The notes below the pieces were generated by a model, which was given only the letters and a program-made list of their open reading frames with translations, searched no databases and was not told the origin of the DNA. Shown here piece after piece: positions 18,328-26,189 of a DNA stretch of 64,000 nucleotides. The position numbers and the translations under genes are program-made. The stretch comes from Candidatus Pacearchaeota archaeon (GTDB lineage Archaea; Nanobdellota; Nanobdellia; Pacearchaeales; GW2011-AR1). The stretch lies in assembly GCA_041654895.1 (NCBI GenBank), contig JBAZCR010000004.1, forward strand, positions 1,188 to 65,187, in the 5' to 3' direction. Numbering within the stretch: position 1 is the stretch's first letter; the number at the start of each line of letters is the position of its first letter.

Positions 18328-19677
18328 TCATGTACAAATATACAACATGATGTTGCTATTGACAGAAAATAACCTTAAAGAATTCCCAGAGAATTTATCT
18401 TTGGAAAAAAGAAACCTATAACTGGATTTAGATTTCTTAAAAACATTATATAGGTCAATCCATGATTTAATATTGTTTAGGTTATTCTTTAGTGTTTTCT
18501 TCCAATGATCATCTAAAGAACCAATATTAAATTCTGGGAAAACTATATCTTGTTTTGGTAATGATTTTTCTTTATATATTTTGTTAAATAAATATCCTCT
18601 TCTTGATAACTCAATTGATGCACCAACAGAATCAATATCTTTAGGATTATTAATTTGACCTATAAAAGATGAATATTGAGGTGCAACCTCCTGATGCCTT
18701 ATGTTCTCTATGTTACATCTCTTAATTAAGTTCTGAATAAAAGGTTGTCTTAACCAATTATTATTTACTAATTTATTAAACCTCTTGCCCTTTTTATGAT
18801 TTTGACTCTTCATGTTTAACTTCTCAAAACATACAAGATCACAATTATAATGTTTAACAAGATTGATAATATATTTGGAAACATTAAAAACCTCATGTTT
18901 TCTTTTGTTGTTTACCTTAATCTTTCTTTTGTCCGTTGATGGTAATCCACGAACATCTATATCATTTATGTCCTTAAAGGATATTATTTCCTTATGTATA
19001 ACTTCTTTATTGTCTTGATCCCTCCAATCTATTATGGATAAACCAATATAGTTTGGATTTAAATCAAATGACAAAATCCTATCCTTAATAACTTCTCTCT
19101 CTTCTTTACAAACTAAAGTTTCATCAATGATGATATAAACATAATCATTATTGATTTCTATTGAAAAACAACCTTTATTCTCCTCAGATAATATCTGTAC
19201 CTTACTTAATATTGACTTCTGATTCTTATTCATTCTTGGTAATTGAACCCGTATATGAGTCTCTTTATTTAACTTTAGTAATATTGAATTGTCCTCTATG
19301 ATTCTTAATTCACATTTTCTATTACCTTTATTATCTGATTTGGAACCCCTCAACATTAATGGTTCATTCCTTAACTTCTTATATTCATCTTTAGATATTA
19401 AATTCCTACATCTTTTTATGAAGTTACCATAACCACCAAAAACTATTCCTTTATCATTACTCTTACCTTTGGCCTTATTTACTGCAACCTTTATTAATGA
19501 GGCATCAAGAAAATTTATATTATTCATTTTTGACTTAACCAACTTCTCCACATCAGACAAGGATAATGTTTTATCATCTATAAATCTATTATAGGAAAAC
19601 CTTATTACGTTATTAAACTCCCTTACGTAATCTCCTATATCAATATCATTCTGTATCTTAAATTTATATGTTACCAT
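18328..19677 (-). CDS. tnpB: TnpB-like RuvC nuclease, IS607-type, lacking the CxxC zinc ribbon
   Basis: SFDLNPNYIG (RuvC-I), VCFEKLN, PQYSSFIGQ...DSVGASIELSRRG; no cysteine pairs near the C-terminus. Confidence 0.7.
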   Translation of the reverse strand: MVTYKFKIQNDIDIGDYVREFNNVIRFSYNRFIDDKTLSLSDVEKLVKSKMNNINFLDASLIKVAVNKAKGKSNDKGIVFGGYGNFIKRCRNLISKDEYKKLRNEPLMLRGSKSDNKGNRKCELRIIEDNSILLKLNKETHIRVQLPRMNKNQKSILSKVQILSEENKGCFSIEINNDYVYIIIDETLVCKEEREVIKDRILSFDLNPNYIGLSIIDWRDQDNKEVIHKEIISFKDINDIDVRGLPSTDKRKIKVNNKRKHEVFNVSKYIINLVKHYNCDLVCFEKLNMKSQNHKKGKRFNKLVNNNWLRQPFIQNLIKRCNIENIRHQEVAPQYSSFIGQINNPKDIDSVGASIELSRRGYLFNKIYKEKSLPKQDIVFPEFNIGSLDDHWKKTLKNNLNNIKSWIDLYNVFKKSKSSYRFLFSKDKFSGNSLRLFSVNSNIMLYICT

Positions 19678-20239
19678 TATCAATTTGTTCCTTAATTTTT
19701 TTCGCCTTATTGTATCCTCTTCGTAATCCATATAATCTACAACAAAAAGAAGTTATAATTGAAACTAAATCTTTTAGTAAATCCTTTTCATCTTCTTGAT
19801 CTTTATTCATAACCTCAATTTGACATCCTATTTTATTAAGTAATCTTTCAATATAATTAAAACCAAATCTTGTTAATCTATCCTTATGTTCTATAATTAT
19901 AATAGAAGGATTTGAATCTATCATTTTCCATAATTCTTTTCTATTATCATTCATTCCAGAGGCAACTTCTTTGTAAACCTTTTCTATTGAATATCCTTTT
20001 GTATTAGAATACTCTATACATCTATTAACTTGATACTCCATTTCTTCTTTTCTTGAATGATTACTTACCCGACAATAAACAACTATCTTATTTTTAATAT
20101 CTTTAGATTCTTTATCTACTAATATAGTACCTGTCCTTAATTGTCTTGAGTTTGGTATTAACCCTTCTTTAAACCATCTATACGCGGTTCTATAACAAAC
20201 TCCCTGTTCTTTAGCATAATCTGACAATTTCATATTCAT
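19664..20239 (-). CDS. tnpA: IS607-type serine recombinase TnpA
   Basis: N-terminal HTH (YRTAYRWFKEG), catalytic VYCRVSN, IIEHKDRLTRFG. Confidence 0.8.
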   Translation of the reverse strand: MNMKLSDYAKEQGVCYRTAYRWFKEGLIPNSRQLRTGTILVDKESKDIKNKIVVYCRVSNHSRKEEMEYQVNRCIEYSNTKGYSIEKVYKEVASGMNDNRKELWKMIDSNPSIIIIEHKDRLTRFGFNYIERLLNKIGCQIEVMNKDQEDEKDLLKDLVSIITSFCCRLYGLRRGYNKAKKIKEQIDNGNI

Positions 20240-20447
20240 CCATCTCCTTTATATGTATTTATATAAATTCTGGGACAAAAGTACATATTTTTTACAAAAA
20301 GTTCAAATTTTCTTTAATTAGTTATTACACAAGTATACTTAATAAACAACTTTTCACCTTCTGGTATAAAAATAAACCTCTTATCATTTAGATGAATTAT
20401 TCCTTGATGCTTCCATTTATTTTTCAGAATTAATCTCCTTTGTTAAA

Positions 20448-20523
20448 TGGTACTCCCAGAAGGACTCAAACCCTCATTTTTTCGTTCGTAGCGAAATGTT
20501 CTATTCATTTGAACTATAGGAGT
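20448..20523 (-). tRNA. tRNA-Arg (ACG)
   Basis: Hand-folded cloverleaf; loop CTACGAA; CCA encoded. Confidence 0.85.
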
Positions 20524-20561
20524 ATTTTATATAGTAATCTCCATCATTTTTTGTTTATTGT

Positions 20562-21059
20562 TTATTGTTTATCCGAAAACCTAACATCTCTATCATTACT
20601 TGATGCTGTAACAGTATAGATTATTTTATTATACATTCTATCAAGTCTTGAATCAAGTAATGCTTTTATTTTTATCTCAAACTCGTCAACATCCTCACAC
20701 ATTTTATTCAACCGATTTTGTACTTCATCATTATTTTTTTCAAATTCTAATTTGGATTTAGAAAAACATTCCAACATATCTTTTGATAACTCTTGAACCA
20801 TTGTTTTTATTTTTCTATTATCGGTGTTCATTTTCTCGTATACCGATCTAATTTCATCATCAATTCTAATCGTCAATGAATTTGACTCGGTATCTATATA
20901 TTTATATATGTCATCGATATCTTTATATATGTCATCGGAACAAGTAGTTATCCTTTCGTTTGTTAGCCTTAACTTATCCCTGAAATACATATAAAACAAA
21001 CATCCAGACACACCAAAAAGTATCCCAAAAATAACCCAAAACATAGTTATAAAATTCAT
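20562..21059 (-). CDS. membrane-anchored protein
   Basis: N-terminal hydrophobic helix; AAGGAG RBS. Confidence 0.5.
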   Translation of the reverse strand: MNFITMFWVIFGILFGVSGCLFYMYFRDKLRLTNERITTCSDDIYKDIDDIYKYIDTESNSLTIRIDDEIRSVYEKMNTDNRKIKTMVQELSKDMLECFSKSKLEFEKNNDEVQNRLNKMCEDVDEFEIKIKALLDSRLDRMYNKIIYTVTASSNDRDVRFSDKQ

Positions 21060-21144
21060 AATCATTCTCCTTTTATTAGGAGATTACTATATATGTCAAA
21101 GAACTTATAATCAATATAGTATTTTTATACTATCAAATCAAGAA

Positions 21145-21903
21145 TTATCTTCCCATTGAAAAAATAATACCAACTCCAATACCAAGACTAACATCATTTG
21201 TAAATGGATTATAAATACCACCTACTAAAAATCCAGGTCTCATATTAATATAGGGTCTTGATTTTTCATCGTGTTTAGTCCAACTATCTATATCATTAAT
21301 AATAAATCGTTCATCATTAGTAGTAACAGAAATTATATATTGTTCATCTCTTCTAAACAATCCTTTTCTTCTATACCCAGTAATTATATTTACTTTTAAT
21401 CCATCAACTTTAAATGTTGATTCAATATCAGAATTGATTATATCGGATGAATCCATAAAACATAATACATCTAAAGATGCTGTAACAAATGTAGTTACTA
21501 TACTGTCTTTCTGTTCAGACTTTAATGTGAATCTATTTGTGTTTGAATCAAGTATATCCTTATCAATTATAACAGTATCGTATTTGGTATTTACAATCCC
21601 CTGCATACGTAATCTCTGATAAGCATTCGATATTATATTTAATTCTTTTTCTAAGTTTTTCTTTTCGTTGTATAAATCAGAATTGAGAATTTTTAATTCT
21701 TTGTTTGTAGATGATATTGCCATCTTTTCAGATACCAATAAATCATTTTGTGTTCGATATATATTAATAGTATCATTGATTGCTTCAATATTAGAATTTT
21801 GCCTTTGTATATTTCTTTTTAACATATTATTAGTATTGCAAACCATACCTAATGATAACACCAAAATCACAATAGTTATTATTAAATATTTAGATTTAAT
21901 CAT
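21145..21903 (-). CDS. membrane-anchored protein
   Basis: ATG at 21903 after AAGGAG (the track start would overlap tRNA-Trp); N-terminal TM helix. Confidence 0.5.
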   Translation of the reverse strand: MIKSKYLIITIVILVLSLGMVCNTNNMLKRNIQRQNSNIEAINDTINIYRTQNDLLVSEKMAISSTNKELKILNSDLYNEKKNLEKELNIISNAYQRLRMQGIVNTKYDTVIIDKDILDSNTNRFTLKSEQKDSIVTTFVTASLDVLCFMDSSDIINSDIESTFKVDGLKVNIITGYRRKGLFRRDEQYIISVTTNDERFIINDIDSWTKHDEKSRPYINMRPGFLVGGIYNPFTNDVSLGIGVGIIFSMGR

Positions 21904-21921
21904 ATAAACTCCTTTTAAAAG

Positions 21922-21995
21922 TGGCAAGGGCAAAGAGAATCGAACTCCTATCTACAGTTTTGGAGACTGTTATGTTACCATTACAACATGCCCCT
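21922..21995 (-). tRNA. tRNA-Trp (CCA)
   Basis: Acceptor AGGGGCA/TGCCCTT, loop CTCCAAA, discriminator G, CCA encoded. Confidence 0.85.
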
Positions 21996-22900
21996 TTTAA
22001 AATATTTATATAATTGAATTAGGTTGAGATTACGCCTTTTGTGTTGATCCTTTTGATTCCGTACCATAACGATGCAACTCATTATGTTAAAATCTTATCC
22101 ACTTTCTCTTGAAAGTAGACCAACATTGCTGCCTTTTTTAAAGTGTAGCGGTTCACTTGTCGTATGCAACTATTCAACATTCAAATTACCCTCTATCTTG
22201 CGGACAGTTCACGGTCGCTAAACCATTAGGTGCATTTTCCTATCAACAGATTCTTTCCTTGCGAGAAATCATCTACCTACATTCAATACTAATTGTGCAG
22301 GATTAAGCAACTTTCATCACATACCGGTTCGGTCTTTGCATTTTAGTTAGGTCTATTCAAGGATTTGAACCTTAAACATTCAGATTGACGATCTGACGCT
22401 CTACCATTGAGCTAAATAGCAACCGATTGAGATGTGCCGAACCAGTGACTTCATAATATTTTGTACTACGAAATATCACACACCTCGTAAGTTTCATCTT
22501 GCGGATTACTTCTCGGATTTTCAAGACTAATGATACCTATAATTATAGATGTACCAAAAACCTTTCAATCTGATATAAAGCTCTTGTTTGCAGGACTCGA
22601 ACAATATATCTACTCTTTTCCCTCATAATTGGATGCTGGATAGGTGAAAAATATGTATCCCTACATATTTAACAGATGCTTTTGGTTATTACACCCTTTA
22701 CCGTCATCTTCCTTACTCAATTCCAACTTGTAATTGAAATTTGCAGGGATGAGCTTGCTTAATTAGACCATTTTATTGGTGGTGGTTAATCGGATACCCA
22801 CCTTTATATGTTTCACAACATACTATCTTTTATGTCAAATCTTTATGATTTGACAAACCATTTCAAGCAACGGTTATTTTTTTCTATATTTTCAAAGAAC
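21996..22900 (-). ncRNA. large ORF-free structured RNA candidate (about 0.9 kb) with an embedded tRNA-like domain
   Basis: Own promoter at 22907-22935; no ORF of 60 aa or more on either strand; GNRA-capped hairpins at 22649-22670 and 22807-22822; hairpin at 22834-22854; repeated motifs. Confidence 0.55.
22350..22421 (-). tRNA. tRNA-like, Asp-type (GTC) with C33 and a mispaired acceptor end
   Basis: D, anticodon and T arms fold; loop TCGTCAA; the first 2 acceptor pairs are mismatched; enclosed by a 9-bp helix (22437-22445 with 22324-22332). Confidence 0.45.
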
Positions 22901-22906
22901 AATACT

Positions 22907-22935
22907 AATATAATTTAAATCAAAATCAAAATCAA
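22907..22935 (-). promoter_or_regulatory. promoter for the large ncRNA
   Basis: Minus strand TTGATT, 17 nt, TATATT, then AGTATTGTTCTTTGA. Confidence 0.65.
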
Positions 22936-22960
22936 GTCTTTTTTTATTTATTTTAAAAAA

Positions 22961-23308
22961 TGGAGATAAGGGGAGTCGAACCCCTGTCCACAATTACATC
23001 CTAATAAATTTCTACAAGTTTAGTTTGTATTTTATATTCATCTAATAAGCATCTACAAACAAATTCTAATTAAATATATGTTCATTTTTCTAATCCTATT
23101 ATTGGAACAACCAAATAGGAATGCGTTATCTTATTTATTCATTCTACAATCGATAATTTATTATAGAATATAGCAACTTTTAGTTAAGCTGCTACAGCAA
23201 AAGAATAATCTTCAGCATTTATAATTTAGTAGATTTTTAAGAGGCCAACTACTATCCTCTACTTGCAATTCATTATTCCACAATCATGTCGAAACCAAAT
23301 ATATCCCC
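22961..23308 (-). ncRNA. ssrA: tmRNA (SsrA), tag AEDYSFAVAA
   Basis: 5' GGGGATATATTTGGTTTCGAC; G3-U70 acceptor; tag frame GCTGAAGATTATTCTTTTGCTGTAGCAGCTTAA; 3' GGACAGGGGTTCGACTCCCCTTATCTCCA. Confidence 0.9.
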
Positions 23309-23322
23309 TGTAAAATTTCAAA

Positions 23323-23395
23323 AAGGAGATTCCCGATTCGAACGGGAATTGTCATACTCAGAATATGAGGTTCTGACCAATTGAACTAATCTCCT
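23323..23395 (-). tRNA. tRNA-Gln (CTG)
   Basis: Acceptor AGGAGAT/ATCTCCT; loop TTCTGAG. Confidence 0.85.
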
Positions 23396-23401
23396 ACAAA
23401 A

Positions 23402-23478
23402 TGGTCTGGAATGAGGGATTTGAACCCCCGTGATCTTGGCCCCAAACCAAGCGCATAACCAAACTATGCTAATTCCAG
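23402..23478 (-). tRNA. tRNA-Pro (TGG)
   Basis: Acceptor CTGGAAT/ATTCCAG; loop TTTGGGG; CCA encoded. Confidence 0.85.
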
Positions 23479-23486
23479 ATAAAAAT

Positions 23487-23576
23487 TGGAAGCGGGGGCA
23501 GGATTCGAACCTGCGCTTCCATTTCTGGAAGATGAGCTTATGAGACTCACGAGCTAGACTACTACTCGACCCCGCA
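23487..23576 (-). tRNA. type II (long variable arm) tRNA with CAT anticodon, T1-T72 mismatch
   Basis: Loop CTCATAA; 18-nt variable arm with stem CTTCCA/TGGAAG; Tyr-like D arm; CCA encoded. Confidence 0.6.
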
Positions 23577-23583
23577 ATATATT

Positions 23584-23668
23584 TGGTACGTGAGGAGGGA
23601 GTCGAACCCTCAATCCCGAAGGCATGTGGGCTTAAACCACATGTGTATTCCAGTTCCACCACTCACGT
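23584..23668 (-). tRNA. tRNA-Leu (TAA)
   Basis: Loop TTTAAGC; long variable arm; CCA encoded. Confidence 0.85.
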
Positions 23669-23692
23669 ATTTATCTATCAAAGAACAATACT

Positions 23693-23721
23693 AATATAAT
23701 TTAAATCAAAATCAAAATCAA
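23693..23721 (-). promoter_or_regulatory. internal tRNA-array promoter
   Basis: Minus strand TTGATT, 17 nt, TATATT. Confidence 0.65.
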
Positions 23722-23740
23722 GTCTTTTTTATTTTTTTTT

Positions 23741-23816
23741 TGGAACCCCCCACAGGATTCGAACCTGTATATAATAGTTTAGAAGACTATTTCATTTCCA
23801 ATTATGATAGAGGGGT
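23741..23816 (-). tRNA. tRNA-Arg (TCT)
   Basis: Loop CTTCTAA; CCA encoded. Confidence 0.85.
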
Positions 23817-23842
23817 ATATTTATATTTCAAAGAACATTACT

Positions 23843-23871
23843 AATATAATTTATATCAAAACCAAAGTCAA
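23843..23871 (-). promoter_or_regulatory. internal tRNA-array promoter
   Basis: Minus strand TTGACT, 17 nt, TATATT. Confidence 0.7.
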
Positions 23872-23891
23872 GCTCTTTTTAATTAAAAAAG

Positions 23892-23973
23892 TACCCAGAG
23901 AGAGACTCGAACTCTCAATCCCGAAGGCAACAAGGTTTGAGCTTGTCGTGTATTCCAATTCCACCATCTGGGT
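23892..23973 (-). tRNA. tRNA-Leu (CAA)
   Basis: Loop CTCAAAC; long variable arm. Confidence 0.85.
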
Positions 23974-23979
23974 GTTAAA

Positions 23980-24054
23980 TGGTACTACTCCAGGGAATCG
24001 AACCCTATTTAAAATGGATATGAGCCATTCTAAGATGCCAACCTACCGAGTAGT
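23980..24054 (-). tRNA. tRNA-Met or Ile2 (CAT)
   Basis: Loop CTCATAT; canonical cloverleaf; CCA encoded. Confidence 0.8.
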
Positions 24055-24060
24055 ATAAAA

Positions 24061-24151
24061 TGGAGGAAGGAGAGGGACTTGAACCCCCATAACCGGTTAA
24101 GGTATACATTAGTTTTCAAGACTAATCTCTTACCAATTAGAGTATCCTTCC
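24061..24151 (-). tRNA. tRNA-Ser (TGA)
   Basis: Loop CTTGAAA; long variable arm; CCA encoded. Confidence 0.85.
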
Positions 24152-24308
24152 GAATCATTCCACTCTTGACCTAAACCACAGATATCACAAACATTGTTTT
24201 GTCTCTTTAATATATATTTTCTTATAGAACTTCTTGGACTACCTACAATATTTATTCCACCCGACAACCATTTTGAATATAATTATTATAAAGTGTGCAA
24301 TATATCGG

Positions 24309-24394
24309 AGGAGAGGAAGGGACTCGAACCCCAAGACACACGAAGTGTCTATACTGCTTCCGTAGTGTGACTATTCCCCACTGTCAACCTCTCC
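24309..24394 (-). tRNA. type II tRNA-like gene with a non-canonical anticodon arm
   Basis: Acceptor GGAGAGG/CCTCTCC, D arm, variable hairpin GACAC/GTGTC and T arm all fold; the anticodon region has only 3 bp and a GGAAGCA loop. Confidence 0.4.
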
Positions 24395-24401
24395 TCAATA
24401 A

Positions 24402-24478
24402 TGGTAGGACTGCCCGGAATTGAACTGGGGACCTTTGATGTATCAGATCAATGCTCTAACCAACTGAGCTACAGTCCT
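24402..24478 (-). tRNA. tRNA-Ile (GAT)
   Basis: Loop CTGATAC; CCA encoded; one A-C mismatch in the T stem. Confidence 0.8.
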
Positions 24479-24485
24479 ATAAAAT

Positions 24486-24560
24486 TGGTGGAGCATATCG
24501 GTACTGATCCGATGGTCTGTAGATTGCAAATCTACGGCTTTCCCATTAAGCTAATGCCCC
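24486..24560 (-). tRNA. tRNA-Ala (TGC)
   Basis: G3-U70 pair; loop TTTGCAA; CCA encoded; unusual T loop ATCAGTA. Confidence 0.8.
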
Positions 24561-24650
24561 ACATATTTAAAAAATTTCAGATTGACTTTTTTTCTATTGA
24601 AGGTAGAATTGTTTTTTGTTGCTGAAATCAATCTTCTAATTTTTTATTTC

Positions 24651-24734
24651 TGGTGGGAATGGTGGGGTATGATCCCACATTTTCAATTACCAGTTACGAC
24701 TATACGCATTATGAGTGCGCCTCGATACATTCCC
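24651..24734 (-). tRNA. tRNA-like gene, CAT loop, no D arm, 25-nt extra region
   Basis: Acceptor GGGAATG/CATTCCC; hairpin GCGCA-CTCATAA-TGCGT; T arm GTGGG/CCCAC; CCA encoded. Confidence 0.4.
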
Positions 24735-24762
24735 AAAAATGTTTATGATGTCAAAGAACAAA

Positions 24763-24837
24763 TGGTGGCTGCTGTCGGTATCGATCCGACCTCTCCTGCT
24801 CTTCAGGCAGACGCTAATCCATCTCAGCTAAACAGCC
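24763..24837 (-). tRNA. tRNA-Phe (GAA)
   Basis: Loop CTGAAGA; CCA encoded. Confidence 0.85.
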
Positions 24838-24944
24838 ATTAAATTTAAAGTTAATCTTTTAAGAATTATATAAATAAATTTAAGTGGGTTGAGTATTACC
24901 AGTACCCAACCCTATCCAACACAACTTAACCGAGGAGAAAAGTC

Positions 24945-25697
24945 ATGTCAGACAGAATTATTTATTATCTTTATAAAACCACAAATTTGATCAATAATAA
25001 AATTTACATCGGTGTTCATCAAACTAAAAATCTTAATGATGGTTATCTTGGTTCTGGTCTAAATCTTCAAAGAGCTATTAAAAAATACAGTAAACATAAC
25101 TTCAAAAAAGAAATCCTAAAATACTTTGACAACGAAATCGATATGTTTACCGAAGAAATTAAAGTTGTTAATTCTGATTTCATTAAACGTAAAGACACCT
25201 ACAATATAGTTGAAGGTGGACGTGGTGGTAGTAAACAATTAGTGAAATTAGCACAACAAGCATTACAAGAAAAATATGGTAGTGATTGGAGAAAAGAACA
25301 CATTAAAAACGCAACCCAAGCATTACAAGAAAAATATGGTAACGATTTTATGAAAATCCTCAATAAAAAAAGTGTAAAATCTCTTCAAGAAAAATACGGT
25401 GATGATTGGCATAAAATAATCGGTTTAAAAGGTCAAGAAACTCTCAAACAAAAATATGGTGATGATTGGCACAATATAATTAGTAAAAGAGGCCGACAAA
25501 AAGCATTATCACCCGAATCTAGAGCCAAACGTATAAATTCCTTTAAAAATGTCAACCACCAACAAGGTTCAAAAAATTCACAATATGGAACAATGTGGAT
25601 TTACCATACCGACACGAATCATAACATGAAGATTAAAAAAGATGAACCAATTCCTAAAGGTTACATCAAAGGTCGTAAATGTCAAAGAACAAAATAA
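24945..25697 (+). CDS. GIY-YIG homing endonuclease
   Basis: IYYLYKTTN...KIYIGVH...GYLGSG; four LQEKYG(D/S)DW repeats; opposite strand to the flanking tRNAs. Confidence 0.8.
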   Translation: MSDRIIYYLYKTTNLINNKIYIGVHQTKNLNDGYLGSGLNLQRAIKKYSKHNFKKEILKYFDNEIDMFTEEIKVVNSDFIKRKDTYNIVEGGRGGSKQLVKLAQQALQEKYGSDWRKEHIKNATQALQEKYGNDFMKILNKKSVKSLQEKYGDDWHKIIGLKGQETLKQKYGDDWHNIISKRGRQKALSPESRAKRINSFKNVNHQQGSKNSQYGTMWIYHTDTNHNMKIKKDEPIPKGYIKGRKCQRTK

Positions 25698-25720
25698 ACT
25701 TCACTACCCGTGAATTTATA

Positions 25721-25811
25721 TGGAGGAAGAAAGGGGACTTGAACCCCTATAACCAGTTAAGGTGTACATTAGTTTAGCAAACTAACCTCTTACCAATTAG
25801 AGTATTCTTCC
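25721..25811 (-). tRNA. tRNA-Ser (GCT)
   Basis: Loop TTGCTAA; long variable arm; CCA encoded. Confidence 0.85.
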
Positions 25812-25832
25812 AAAATTATCAAAGATCAAATG

Positions 25833-25904
25833 GGTGAGGTACGAGATTTGAACTCGTCCTAACAGAGTCACAGTCTGTCGTGCTACCACTACACTAATCT
25901 CACC
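25833..25904 (-). tRNA. tRNA-His (GTG) with encoded G-1
   Basis: Loop CTGTGAC; extra 5' G opposite C73. Confidence 0.85.
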
Positions 25905-25911
25905 ATAAAAA

Positions 25912-25985
25912 TGGTAGCCCATCCCGGAGTTGAACCGAGGGTTACTGATAGAAAGTCAGTCGTGTTACCACTACACTAATGGGCC
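25912..25985 (-). tRNA. tRNA-Glu (TTC)
   Basis: Loop CTTTCTA; CCA encoded. Confidence 0.85.
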
Positions 25986-25999
25986 ATAACTTAAAAAAA

Positions 26000-26085
26000 T
26001 GGTGGGTAGAGGAAGATTTGAACTTCCAAGCCCCGAAGGGACCGGATTTACAGTCCGGAGAGCCAGACAATTGCTCAACCTACCC
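26000..26085 (-). tRNA. tRNA-Tyr (GTA)
   Basis: Loop CTGTAAA; bacterial-type long variable arm; CCA encoded. Confidence 0.85.
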
Positions 26086-26091
26086 AAAATA

Positions 26092-26165
26092 TGGCGGGAT
26101 GACGAGTTTCGATCTCATTACCTCTGACTTGTGGGCCAGTGCTCTCCCGATTGAGCTACATCCCC
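26092..26165 (-). tRNA. Val-like tRNA with a 6-nt anticodon loop (CCACAA; CAC if U33 is absent), G1-G72 mismatch
   Basis: D arm TAGCTCAATCGGGAGAGCA; stem CTGGC/GTCAG encloses only 6 nt; CCA encoded. Confidence 0.45.
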
Positions 26166-26189
26166 ATAAATTTTATCAAAGAACAAATT

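Larger units (their letters stand above)
18328..20239 (-). mobile_element. IS607-family element (tnpA + tnpB); ends not defined
   Basis: MerR-HTH serine recombinase overlapping a TnpB gene by 14 nt; lies about 200 bp from tRNA-Arg. Confidence 0.75.

Noticed and set aside
19664-20523. Serine recombinase next to a tRNA as a phage integrase/attP module
   Set aside because: The recombinase has the small IS607 TnpA architecture (MerR-like HTH plus catalytic domain) and is translationally overlapped with tnpB. It lacks the large C-terminal domain of phage serine integrases.
22200-22265. RNase P RNA-like fragments (AAGGAAAGAATC, GAGGGTAATTTGAA)
   Set aside because: They show only loose resemblance to the P4/J11-12 consensus. 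The GAGGAAAGUCC and ACA.AA.CCGCUUA elements are not present.
22307-22327. Group II intron domain V-like string (CCGGTATGTGATGAAAGTTGC on the minus strand)
   Set aside because: The upper helix would be mostly wobble pairs. The sequence needed for the lower helix (ATACCGG after a 2-nt bulge) is absent, and no RT/maturase ORF is present.
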